From Chitinophagales bacterium (GTDB lineage: Bacteria > Bacteroidota > Bacteroidia > Chitinophagales > Saprospiraceae): DNA of 64,000 bases. Position numbers and translations under genes: made by a program. Positions 15,826 through 23,929 of the stretch are shown here, piece after piece. Below the pieces are notes generated by a model. That model was given only the letters and a program-made list of their open reading frames with translations. It did no database searches and was not told the origin of the DNA. Position 1 is the first letter of the stretch. Every line of letters begins with the position of its first letter. The stretch lies in NCBI GenBank assembly GCA_038203695.1, contig JBBRDQ010000001.1, forward strand, positions 14,825 to 78,824. Direction: 5' to 3'.

Positions 15826-17994
15826 ATGAAACAATTACCCGTTTTTTCCATTTTGGCAGTACTCGTTTTCATGGCCTGCCAACAGCCGACTACCACTACC
15901 ACTAACCCACTTGTTTTTACTGTGCAACCATCCGTTTTTCATCCCGAACAATTTACGCCACCCCATCCCGAGAAAAAATTGAAAGAACTGGTCGCCGCCA
16001 ATGGCGACAAACGTTCGGACGAATATTACTGGCTCAACGAACGGGAAAACCCCGCCGTTACCGCTTACCTCCAAGCCGAAAATCAATACATGGATTCCGT
16101 CTTGGCGCCAATTGCCCCGCTGCGGGAAAAGTTATTTGCTGAGTTAAAAGCCCGTATCCAGGAAGACGACGCCTCGGTGCCGTATTTCAAAAACGGCTAC
16201 TGGTACATTACACGCTTTGAAAAAGGCAAGGAATATCCAATCTACAGCCGTAAAAAAGGCGATCTGAATGCACCGGAAGAAATCATGGTCGACGTCAACG
16301 AACTCGCCAAAGGCAAACCCTACTGCCAACTCGGTGATATGACGGTCAGTCCGGACAACCGGCTACTGGCGTACGGCGTGGATTACACCGGTCGCAATCT
16401 CTTTAAATTATATTTTAAAGACCTGACTACCAATCAATTATTGCCCGATGAATTTGACTATGCCGGCTCCGCCGTGTGGGCCAACGACAACAAAACGATC
16501 CTGTACGATACGAAAGACGCGGTTACGCTGCGCAACGATAAAGTCTGGCGGCACGTCATGGGCACCGACCACAAACAGGACGTGCTGATGTATTTTGAAA
16601 AGGACGACACGCAGTACGTCTATTTGTCCAAATCCAAATCGGAGCAGTATTTTTTTATCAATTGTGCCTACACCCAGACGGTGGAAGTGCTGTACCTCAG
16701 TGCCAACGACCCGACCGGAAAATTCCAGGTCGTACGGCCGCGCGAAAAGGATTTTTACTACTCGCTGGAACACTGGAATGATAAATTCCTGGTCCGCACC
16801 AACTGGGATGCACCCAATTTCCGCCTGATGGAAACGCCGGTAACTGCTCCACAACGCGAAAACTGGAAGGATGTGCTGCCGCACCGCGACGCTGTGTTGC
16901 TCGACAATTTTACCGTTTTCAAAGACTATCTGGTTACCGAAGAGCACAAGGGTGGTTTGAGTCAGGTGCACCTGATCCGCTGGGCCGACAAAGCGGACCA
17001 CTACATCGAAGTGGGCGAACCGACCTATGCTTGCAACCTGGGAACCAACCCTGAATTTGACACTAAAAATCTGCGCTATGTTTTCACCAGCCTGAAGACG
17101 CCGTACACAACGGTGGACTACGACATGGATAGTCGCGTCAAAACGGTGAAGAAGGTAGCGCCGGTGCTGGGCGGTTTTGATGCCAATAATTACACGACGG
17201 AATTCGTGCTGGTAACCGCCCGCGACGGGGTCAAAGTGCCGGTTTCGATCGTCTACAAAAAAGGTCTGCAACGCAACGGCTCGGCGCCGTGCCACCTCAC
17301 TGGCTACGGCAGTTATGGTTTTTCGTACGATCCGTCGTTCAATCGCGACAAGATCAGTTTGTTAGACCGCGGTTTTGTGGTCGCCATCGCGCACATTCGC
17401 GGCGGCATGGAAATGGGTTACAAATGGTACGAAGACGGCAAAATGATGCATAAGATGAACACTTTCAATGACTTTATTGATTGTGCCGATATGCTGGTAA
17501 AAGAAAAGTACACGGCATCCGATCGCCTGTTTGCCGAAGGCCGCTCTGCGGGTGGATTGCTAATGGGCGCGGTCTCCAACCTGCGGCCCGACCTGTTCAA
17601 AGGCATTATTACCGGCGTTCCTTTTGTGGATGTATTGACCACCATGAGCGACGCGAGTATCCCGCTCACTACCGGCGAGTACAGCGAATGGGGCAACCCG
17701 AATATCGCGGAGCAATACGCATATATGAAAACGTATTCGCCCTACGACAACCTGAAAGCCGGCAACTATCCGAATTTGCTGGTCCTCACGTCTCTCAGCG
17801 ACTCACAAGTCCAGTATTTCGAACCCGCCAAATACGTCGCCCGGCTGCGCGAACTGAAAACAGATAAAAATCCGCTGCTTTTCTACACCAATATGACCGG
17901 CTCCCACGGTGGCTCTTCCGGCCGCTTCGAACGCCTCAAAGAACGGGCGCTGGAGTACGGGTGGATGCTGGGATTGCTGGGAGTTAATGATTAA
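15826..17994 (+). CDS. ptrB: Oligopeptidase B (S9A prolyl oligopeptidase family)
   Basis: It is 722 aa with a signal peptide or lipobox, DEYYWLNERENP near the N-terminus and the catalytic Ser motif GRSAGGLLMG. Confidence 0.8.
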   Translation: MKQLPVFSILAVLVFMACQQPTTTTTNPLVFTVQPSVFHPEQFTPPHPEKKLKELVAANGDKRSDEYYWLNERENPAVTAYLQAENQYMDSVLAPIAPLREKLFAELKARIQEDDASVPYFKNGYWYITRFEKGKEYPIYSRKKGDLNAPEEIMVDVNELAKGKPYCQLGDMTVSPDNRLLAYGVDYTGRNLFKLYFKDLTTNQLLPDEFDYAGSAVWANDNKTILYDTKDAVTLRNDKVWRHVMGTDHKQDVLMYFEKDDTQYVYLSKSKSEQYFFINCAYTQTVEVLYLSANDPTGKFQVVRPREKDFYYSLEHWNDKFLVRTNWDAPNFRLMETPVTAPQRENWKDVLPHRDAVLLDNFTVFKDYLVTEEHKGGLSQVHLIRWADKADHYIEVGEPTYACNLGTNPEFDTKNLRYVFTSLKTPYTTVDYDMDSRVKTVKKVAPVLGGFDANNYTTEFVLVTARDGVKVPVSIVYKKGLQRNGSAPCHLTGYGSYGFSYDPSFNRDKISLLDRGFVVAIAHIRGGMEMGYKWYEDGKMMHKMNTFNDFIDCADMLVKEKYTASDRLFAEGRSAGGLLMGAVSNLRPDLFKGIITGVPFVDVLTTMSDASIPLTTGEYSEWGNPNIAEQYAYMKTYSPYDNLKAGNYPNLLVLTSLSDSQVQYFEPAKYVARLRELKTDKNPLLFYTNMTGSHGGSSGRFERLKERALEYGWMLGLLGVND

Positions 17995-18064
17995 TGGTTA
18001 ATGCTAAATGCCAGGCGTTATGACATTAACCGTTAACCATTATCCATTAATCATTAATCATTAA
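17982..18064. repeat. Heptamer-built palindrome (TTAATGR x3 / loop / CATTAAY x6); likely bidirectional terminator
   Basis: gttaatgattaatggttaatg (17982-18002) faces cattaaccgttaaccattatccattaatcattaatcattaa (18024-18064) between convergent genes. The ptrB stop codon (17992-17994) lies inside the left arm. Confidence 0.7.
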
Positions 18065-18068
18065 AAAA

Positions 18069-18578
18069 TCATCCTCGCGCGATTTCCCCGTTTTCCATAA
18101 TTTCCATGTGGTAGGTGCGCGAGTTGGAGGCATCGAATTCATCATTCTGACCGGCTGATTCGCCTTCGGCGATGATGATCTCGAGTTCTTCGTTGATGGT
18201 GGCGACGGCCCGCAGAATCTTGCCGCTTTTGACCCTGGTTTGGGCAATTACCTTACGATCAATCAGTTCGCCGCGTTCGGTGAATGTGGCGAGCGTGTAT
18301 TCGTAGGTCAGCAATTCGGCTTTCCACCATACCAGGGCGATGAAACGCAAGGTATCGTCGATGGCAAAACAGGGTATGTATTCCGTGAATTCATCGTCGA
18401 TCTCTTTGCTTTCTACGGGATGAATGTATTGTGCGATCATTGCGTCGCTCAGCGGTTCGTTTTCGGTGCCGAAGGCGTGATGGGTGTCTTCGCCCAGGGT
18501 GACGGGCATCGTAACCGGTGGAAATTTGGCTACAAAATCAGCGAACGTGTAGCGCTTGGTGCCGGTGGTAGGTTCCAT
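18069..18578 (-). CDS. Hypothetical protein
   Basis: It is a clean 169-aa ORF with no competing frame. I recognise no motif. Confidence 0.4.
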   Translation of the reverse strand: MEPTTGTKRYTFADFVAKFPPVTMPVTLGEDTHHAFGTENEPLSDAMIAQYIHPVESKEIDDEFTEYIPCFAIDDTLRFIALVWWKAELLTYEYTLATFTERGELIDRKVIAQTRVKSGKILRAVATINEELEIIIAEGESAGQNDEFDASNSRTYHMEIMENGEIARG

Positions 18579-18800
18579 GCTGTTATTTTTTGAATGAACT
18601 TGAAATTTGGCAAGTCTACAACCGGCGAAATCTCAAAAAGTTGGCCGCAAAAGTCGCGTTTTCTACCTAATAAATAACGGATATGGGAATCTAACCACTA
18701 AATTTTCCATTTTATGCCGGGCTTAAAACGGTTTTCGAACTTAACCATTTCATAATCCAAACATAACATTCGCTTTCCAGGTGCCGCCAAAATCCACCTT

Positions 18801-18808
18801 TACCTTTG
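18801..18808 (+). promoter_or_regulatory. -7 box TAccTTTG upstream of the btaA-like gene
   Basis: It matches the consensus 16 nt before the ATG at 18824. This argues against the TTG start at 18806 given in the ORF track. Confidence 0.4.
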
Positions 18809-18823
18809 GCTGTTAAAAAGGCA

Positions 18824-20008
18824 ATGGGGCTTGCACAAACGTTTGAAGAACAACTTTTCAGCCAGATTCACGGCAAAAACCTGGTGTACAATACCTGTTG
18901 GGAAGATCCACGCTGCGATCGGGAACTGCTCCAGCTGGATCGGGACAGCCAGATTGTAATGCTGACCAGCGCCGGCTGTAATGCCCTGGATTATTTGCTG
19001 GACGATCCGGCGCAAATACATTGCGTTGACCTCAATCCCCGACAAAATGCCCTGTTAGACCTCAAAAAGGCGCTTTTTTTGGGTGCTAATTATACAACGT
19101 TGTTCGATTTTTTCGGCTTCGGTACGGTCCGCGACGGACGCGCGATTTTTGAAAATGCCTTATTACCGCATCTGCAAGCCCCTTATTCACGGCAATACTG
19201 GGAACGCAACCTGCATTTTTTCAACGGTAAAGGACTGCGCAAGTCGTTTTACTGGTATGGCAGCAGCGGTGCCGTTGCGTGGTTGATACGGCAATGGTTG
19301 CAGCGCCAACCGGAAACGCGCCGGCTGATCCATGCGCTAATAACCGCAGAATCGGTCGCCGAACAACGCGCCTGGTACGAACAACTGGAGCCACAAATCC
19401 TGAATCGTTTTTTGCGCTGGTTTATACGCCAGCATTTTGTCCAAAGCATGCTTGGCGTACCCAAAACGCAGCAACACCTCGCGGCGGCTTATTACCCCGA
19501 AGGAATGGCCGGTTATATCCGGCAGTGTTTCCGCCACGTGTTTACCCAGTTGTCGCTGCGCGATAACTATTTCTGGAAACTGTATTTACACGGCCATTAC
19601 ACGGTGGATTGCTGCCCGAACTACCTGAAAATCGAGCATTTTGCTACCCTGAAAGACCGGGTAGCGCGCATTCGCACCCACACTACTTCGCTCAGTGATT
19701 TTTTGAAACTGCATCCCGGCCAGTACTCGCATTTTGTGCTGCTCGATCACCAGGACTGGCTGGCCGCACATTTACGTCCGGCCCTGGAGGAAGAGTGGCA
19801 ATTGATTTTACAAAATGCTGCGCCGAATGCCCGGGTATTGCTGCGATCGGCAGCCCTTGAGCTCGACTTTTTGCCTGATTTTGTGCGTGAGCGGGTTACA
19901 TTTGATCAGACCGCCGCTACTAGTGCACAGGCTAAAGACCGGGTTGGCACCTACGCCAGTACCTGGATCGGCACGATACACTCCAATTATGCAGAACGAA
20001 ACAGTTAG
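18824..20008 (+). CDS. btaA: DUF3419 / BtaA-like S-adenosylmethionine:diacylglycerol 3-amino-3-carboxypropyl transferase
   Basis: The N-terminal block LVYNTCWEDPRCDRELLQL..IVMLTSAGCNALDYLLDDP..IHCVDLNPRQNALLDLK is the DUF3419 signature as I remember it. Confidence 0.6.
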   Translation: MGLAQTFEEQLFSQIHGKNLVYNTCWEDPRCDRELLQLDRDSQIVMLTSAGCNALDYLLDDPAQIHCVDLNPRQNALLDLKKALFLGANYTTLFDFFGFGTVRDGRAIFENALLPHLQAPYSRQYWERNLHFFNGKGLRKSFYWYGSSGAVAWLIRQWLQRQPETRRLIHALITAESVAEQRAWYEQLEPQILNRFLRWFIRQHFVQSMLGVPKTQQHLAAAYYPEGMAGYIRQCFRHVFTQLSLRDNYFWKLYLHGHYTVDCCPNYLKIEHFATLKDRVARIRTHTTSLSDFLKLHPGQYSHFVLLDHQDWLAAHLRPALEEEWQLILQNAAPNARVLLRSAALELDFLPDFVRERVTFDQTAATSAQAKDRVGTYASTWIGTIHSNYAERNS

Positions 20009-20633
20009 TTTGCCCCAATCAGATGCGATGCGCCGCTATTATCGCTGGCACGCGCTGATCTATGACCTCACCCGCTGGACTTTTTTGCTTGGTAGGAACA
20101 CGTTGTTAAAAGAACTGGATCTCGAAAAAGTGCCGGCACCTGTCCTCCTGGAAGTGGGCTGCGGAACGGGCCGCAATCTGCGAATCCTGGCTATTCGGCA
20201 TCCCACTGTAACACTCATCGGTATCGACGTCTCGACTGATATGCTGACACGGGCGTTCAAATCCACTGCCTCCTATTCGCGGCGCGTCTTATTGTTTGAA
20301 GCAGCCTATCGCCCTGAAATGCGGATTAAGTTGGCTCACAAGCCGGATTTTGTGTTATTTTCTTACGCCCTTACCATGTTCAATCCCGGATGGGAAGCTG
20401 CGATCGACCGCGCCTGGCAGGATTTGCCGGTAGGCGGACAGATTGTCGTAGTGGATTTTTACGCCACGCCAGTTGCCGGATTTGGCTGGTGGATGGGGAA
20501 AAATCATGTCCGGATGGATGGCCATTTGCTGCCGTATTTGCAGGCAAAATTCACCCCAGTCCAACAGACTGTACACCCGGCTTATTTGGGATTGTGGCAG
20601 TACTTTATTTTTATCGGTCAAAAAACCGACTAG
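19989..20633 (+). CDS. btaB: Class I SAM-dependent methyltransferase, BtaB-like
   Basis: It carries motif I, LLEVGCGTGRNL. The start was set at MQNETVSLPQ (ATG 19989), overlapping the btaA-like gene by 20 nt. Confidence 0.55.
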   Translation: MQNETVSLPQSDAMRRYYRWHALIYDLTRWTFLLGRNTLLKELDLEKVPAPVLLEVGCGTGRNLRILAIRHPTVTLIGIDVSTDMLTRAFKSTASYSRRVLLFEAAYRPEMRIKLAHKPDFVLFSYALTMFNPGWEAAIDRAWQDLPVGGQIVVVDFYATPVAGFGWWMGKNHVRMDGHLLPYLQAKFTPVQQTVHPAYLGLWQYFIFIGQKTD

Positions 20634-20764
20634 TTAAGGCTGCGCTTAACCATTCATTCATTCAAACTTAACCTGCACTTTCGGTCTTACCCTTTGTTCT
20701 TGCCCACCTTTGTACCGAATTTGAACTTGTAGTTTTTTAGCATACGAAAATGGGTTTCAGTTAG

Positions 20765-20806
20765 GTGGGAAATCCGGCGAAATGCCGGTTTTCCACAATT
20801 TTTTTA
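20765..20806 (+). terminator. Intrinsic-terminator-like hairpin plus U tract between btaB-like and NPP-like genes
   Basis: GUGGGAAAUCCGGC-GAAAU-GCCGGUUUUCCAC (20765-20796) is followed by aauuuuuuua. It lies downstream of a cAccTTTG box at 20706-20713, so it could instead be a leader attenuator. Confidence 0.4.
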
Positions 20807-20840
20807 TGCTAGAAAATCGTACAGCAAAACAACGGAACGA

Positions 20841-22106
20841 ATGCGATTAGTTTGGTCTCTTTTATTGGCGATGCTCCTGCAATATCACCACGCCAACGCA
20901 CAAAGTAACGCCCCAGTCACCAGCGCGTTTACCGTCTTCAGCAAAACACTTAGTGCACAACTCAACTCCTTTACCAACGACACTACGGTTACGTTTGCGC
21001 AGATGGAGCCGTATTTAGCCGCAGCCTTTGCGGTGTATCAAAAGAAAAAACGCCTCGAACGCGCGGAAAAACCGCAGACAAAATATCTTTTTGTGGTCAC
21101 GCTCGATGGTATGCGCTGGCAGGATGTCTTCAACGGCGCGGATAGCCTGCTCCTCCACAACCGGGAATATGTGCATGATACGGCCGCCTACCGAAATTTG
21201 TACTGGGATACCACACCAGCATTGCGCCGACAGCGGTTGATGCCGTTTTTGTGGTCTACAATTGCCAGCAAAGGGCAGATTCACGGCAACCGGAAGTACG
21301 ACAACAACGTAAATGTCGCCAATGGCATGTGGTTCAGTTATCCGGGTTACAATGAAATTTTTACCGGTCAGCCCGACGACGAGCATATTAAAAGCAACCT
21401 GAAAATTGCGAATCCGAATGAGAATGTACTGGAGTTTTTGAATAAACAGAAGGGTTTCCGCAACAAGGTAGTCGCTTTTGGGTCGTGGGATGCGTTCCCG
21501 GCCATTCTCAATGAAAAGCGTTCTAATATGCTGGTTAACAGCGGTTTCGAAAATCGAACGGAAGGGTCGGTAAGTCGGGCACAAGTGTTGCTCAATAAAA
21601 TGCAGCACGAACAACCCAAGCCCTGGAAGGAAGACGAACGCTTCGATGTTTTTACCTGGGCATTTGCCGATGAGTATATTCGGGCGCACCATCCGCGCGT
21701 ATGTTACATCGGTTTTGGCGACACGGACGAGTTTGCGCATGAAGGCCATTACGATCTGTATCTGGATGCTGCCCACCAGGCTGATCTGTGGCTGGCCGAA
21801 CTCTGGCAATACCTCCAATCGGACGCTAAATACCAGGGGAAAACCACTTTGCTCATTACGACGGATCATGGACGCGGCGACAAAATCAAAAAGCAATGGC
21901 GCGATCACAATGCCCGCATAGAAGGCGCGGATCAGATCTGGTGCGCTGCTATGGGTCCCGATACGCCTGCGCACGGCGAACTAAAAACGCCCGGCCAGTT
22001 GTACCAGAAACAAATGGCGCAGACGATGGCCAATTTATTGGGCTTTACGTTCGCGCCACAGCGACATACGCCGGCACCTGCAGCGGCGATTATACTGGGG
22101 AAATAA
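20841..22106 (+). CDS. Secreted alkaline-phosphatase-superfamily enzyme, NPP-type phosphodiesterase/pyrophosphatase-like
   Basis: It has a signal peptide and the motifs VVTLDGMRWQDVF, FSYPGYNEIFTGQP (nucleophile region), DTDEFAHEGH and LLITTDHGRG. Confidence 0.55.
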   Translation: MRLVWSLLLAMLLQYHHANAQSNAPVTSAFTVFSKTLSAQLNSFTNDTTVTFAQMEPYLAAAFAVYQKKKRLERAEKPQTKYLFVVTLDGMRWQDVFNGADSLLLHNREYVHDTAAYRNLYWDTTPALRRQRLMPFLWSTIASKGQIHGNRKYDNNVNVANGMWFSYPGYNEIFTGQPDDEHIKSNLKIANPNENVLEFLNKQKGFRNKVVAFGSWDAFPAILNEKRSNMLVNSGFENRTEGSVSRAQVLLNKMQHEQPKPWKEDERFDVFTWAFADEYIRAHHPRVCYIGFGDTDEFAHEGHYDLYLDAAHQADLWLAELWQYLQSDAKYQGKTTLLITTDHGRGDKIKKQWRDHNARIEGADQIWCAAMGPDTPAHGELKTPGQLYQKQMAQTMANLLGFTFAPQRHTPAPAAAIILGK

Positions 22107-22122
22107 AATTAAAAAAGAAATA

Positions 22123-22171
22123 AAGAGGAAGGAGAAATAACGCTTGGCGAGCGTTATTCCTCCTTCCTCTT
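22123..22171. terminator. 22-bp-stem hairpin between convergent genes
   Basis: aagaggaaggagaaataacgct (22123-22144) faces agcgttattcctccttcctctt (22150-22171) with one mismatch. Confidence 0.55.
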
Positions 22172-22189
22172 GGTCGCAAGAAACCCGAA

Positions 22190-23731
22190 CTAACCACCTG
22201 CTTTACCGGCCAGAAACGCTTCAAAATCATCCAGTTGGGCGGTTTTAAGCACCCGCGGGATTTTGGCCTGTCCGTTCAGTTTGCCGCGATTGGACAACCA
22301 GCCCAGAAATACATCGTTGGACAATATTTTTACCCGGATCGTGCGCAGGGCATAGATCCGTTCGACGGCGTAGTCTTCATTGAGCCGGCATAGTTCTTCG
22401 TCTACCGCTTGGGCAAAATCATCGCCGCTGACGGACTGATTCTCAACCGACACGTACCATTGATGCGCCCAGCCGGAGCCTTCGCGCACGCCGGCTACCG
22501 AAAATTCGCGGACGCCCGCCCGCAGACGCGCATCGGCACAACGCACCGCTTCGTTGAGGTTATCGATCGAAAGGTGCTCGCCACAAACCGAGAGGTACTG
22601 TTTGGTGCGGCCGGTGAGTTTCATTTCAGCCGCTGCTACATTGCTAAACTGCACGGTGTCGCCCAGCAAATAGCGCCAGGCACCGGCACAGGTACTGATT
22701 AGCAGCGCATAATTTTTTCCTTCTTCAACTTCCGCCAGGGTGCAGACACTCGGAAACTCTGTGCGTAAGTCGCCATTATCGTCAAAGTTTTCTGCGTTAA
22801 AAGGCACAAATTCGAAAAAAATGCCGCCGTTGGTGAGCAGTTGCATAGCGCGTTTATCGGGATTGCGCTGGTAGGCAAAGAATCCTTCCGAAGCCATATA
22901 ACTGTCGACATACTGTACCGGCTGACCGAACAACTGTTCCAGCGCCGGGCGATAGGGCTCGAAAAACACCCCCCCGTGTACCATAACCGAGAAATTCGGC
23001 CACAGGTCGTGGATGGTGCGCAAACCGTGTTGCTCGATAATTTTTTCCAGGATCAATTGCATCCACATGGGATTGCTGACGGCAAAACCGATATCCCACG
23101 TCGGCGCTTCGTCGGCGATTTGCTGGATGCGGTCGCTCCACTCCGGCAGATCAGTAATATGACGGCCCGGCCGGTAGGAACGCTCCATCAACAGCGGACG
23201 GTTCATGCCGATAATGCCCGAAAGGTCGCCGCTCCAGTGCCGGCCTTCACGACGCGGTGTGGTGCAAGAGCCGACCATCAGCATCTGTTTGGTGTACTGA
23301 TCGGATGGCAGGTCGAAGTGATTCATGTCGAAAAACAGGCGGCGAGATCCGCGTTTCATGGCGCGCAGCATGGCTTCCGTTACCGGAATGTATTTGGTAG
23401 CCGCCTGACTGGTACCGCTCGACAAAGCGAAGTAGGGTACTTCACCCGGCCAGCATACGTCGGGTGAATCGCACAAATGTGCCTGCGACCACCAGCGGTC
23501 GTAGATCGTTTGGTAATCCATCGCAGGTACTTGCTGGCGGAAAGCATGGATAATATCGGGCGCATGCAGGATATCGCGAAAATCGTAATACTGGCCGAAA
23601 GCGGTTTTGCGGGCTTTGCGCAGTAAATTGTGCAGTTGAAAATACTGCTGTTCTTCTGGGGTGAGAGGAGTGCGATTGGCAAATGCACCAATGCGGGTAC
23701 CATTCTGGATGATTGCTCCGAGTAAAGACAT
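22190..23731 (-). CDS. GH3 (auxin-responsive promoter) family acyl-adenylate-forming protein
   Basis: It carries FGQYYDFRDI...F..QVP...Y..I..W and YFALSSGTS..ATKYIPVT, the bacterial GH3-family pattern. Confidence 0.7.
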   Translation of the reverse strand: MSLLGAIIQNGTRIGAFANRTPLTPEEQQYFQLHNLLRKARKTAFGQYYDFRDILHAPDIIHAFRQQVPAMDYQTIYDRWWSQAHLCDSPDVCWPGEVPYFALSSGTSQAATKYIPVTEAMLRAMKRGSRRLFFDMNHFDLPSDQYTKQMLMVGSCTTPRREGRHWSGDLSGIIGMNRPLLMERSYRPGRHITDLPEWSDRIQQIADEAPTWDIGFAVSNPMWMQLILEKIIEQHGLRTIHDLWPNFSVMVHGGVFFEPYRPALEQLFGQPVQYVDSYMASEGFFAYQRNPDKRAMQLLTNGGIFFEFVPFNAENFDDNGDLRTEFPSVCTLAEVEEGKNYALLISTCAGAWRYLLGDTVQFSNVAAAEMKLTGRTKQYLSVCGEHLSIDNLNEAVRCADARLRAGVREFSVAGVREGSGWAHQWYVSVENQSVSGDDFAQAVDEELCRLNEDYAVERIYALRTIRVKILSNDVFLGWLSNRGKLNGQAKIPRVLKTAQLDDFEAFLAGKAGG

Positions 23732-23889
23732 TGTCGTGTGGTGGGTTTCAAAATCCGCGTAAAGGTCTAACCAAATTATTGGTTTTATTGTAAATCAATC
23801 GTTAACTTTTAAATAGTATTTGTATTAAAATGTGCAAATGCCTGCCCGAAGCCTGCAATAAATCCACTGACTAATTGCAGGTAATTCCC

Positions 23890-23897
23890 TATTTTTG
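23890..23897 (+). promoter_or_regulatory. -7 box TAttTTTG upstream of 23930
   Basis: It matches the consensus 33 nt before the ATG. Confidence 0.4.
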
Positions 23898-23929
23898 GCA
23901 CCGAAAAATTAATTTCAAACGCCCGTTTT

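Noticed and set aside
17982-18064. Heptamer repeat arrays (also at 31271-31302, 51023-51187 and 61979-62075) considered as possible CRISPR arrays.
   Set aside because: The units are 7 nt, directly abutting with no spacers, and arranged as inverted arms. No cas genes are present, so they are not CRISPR.
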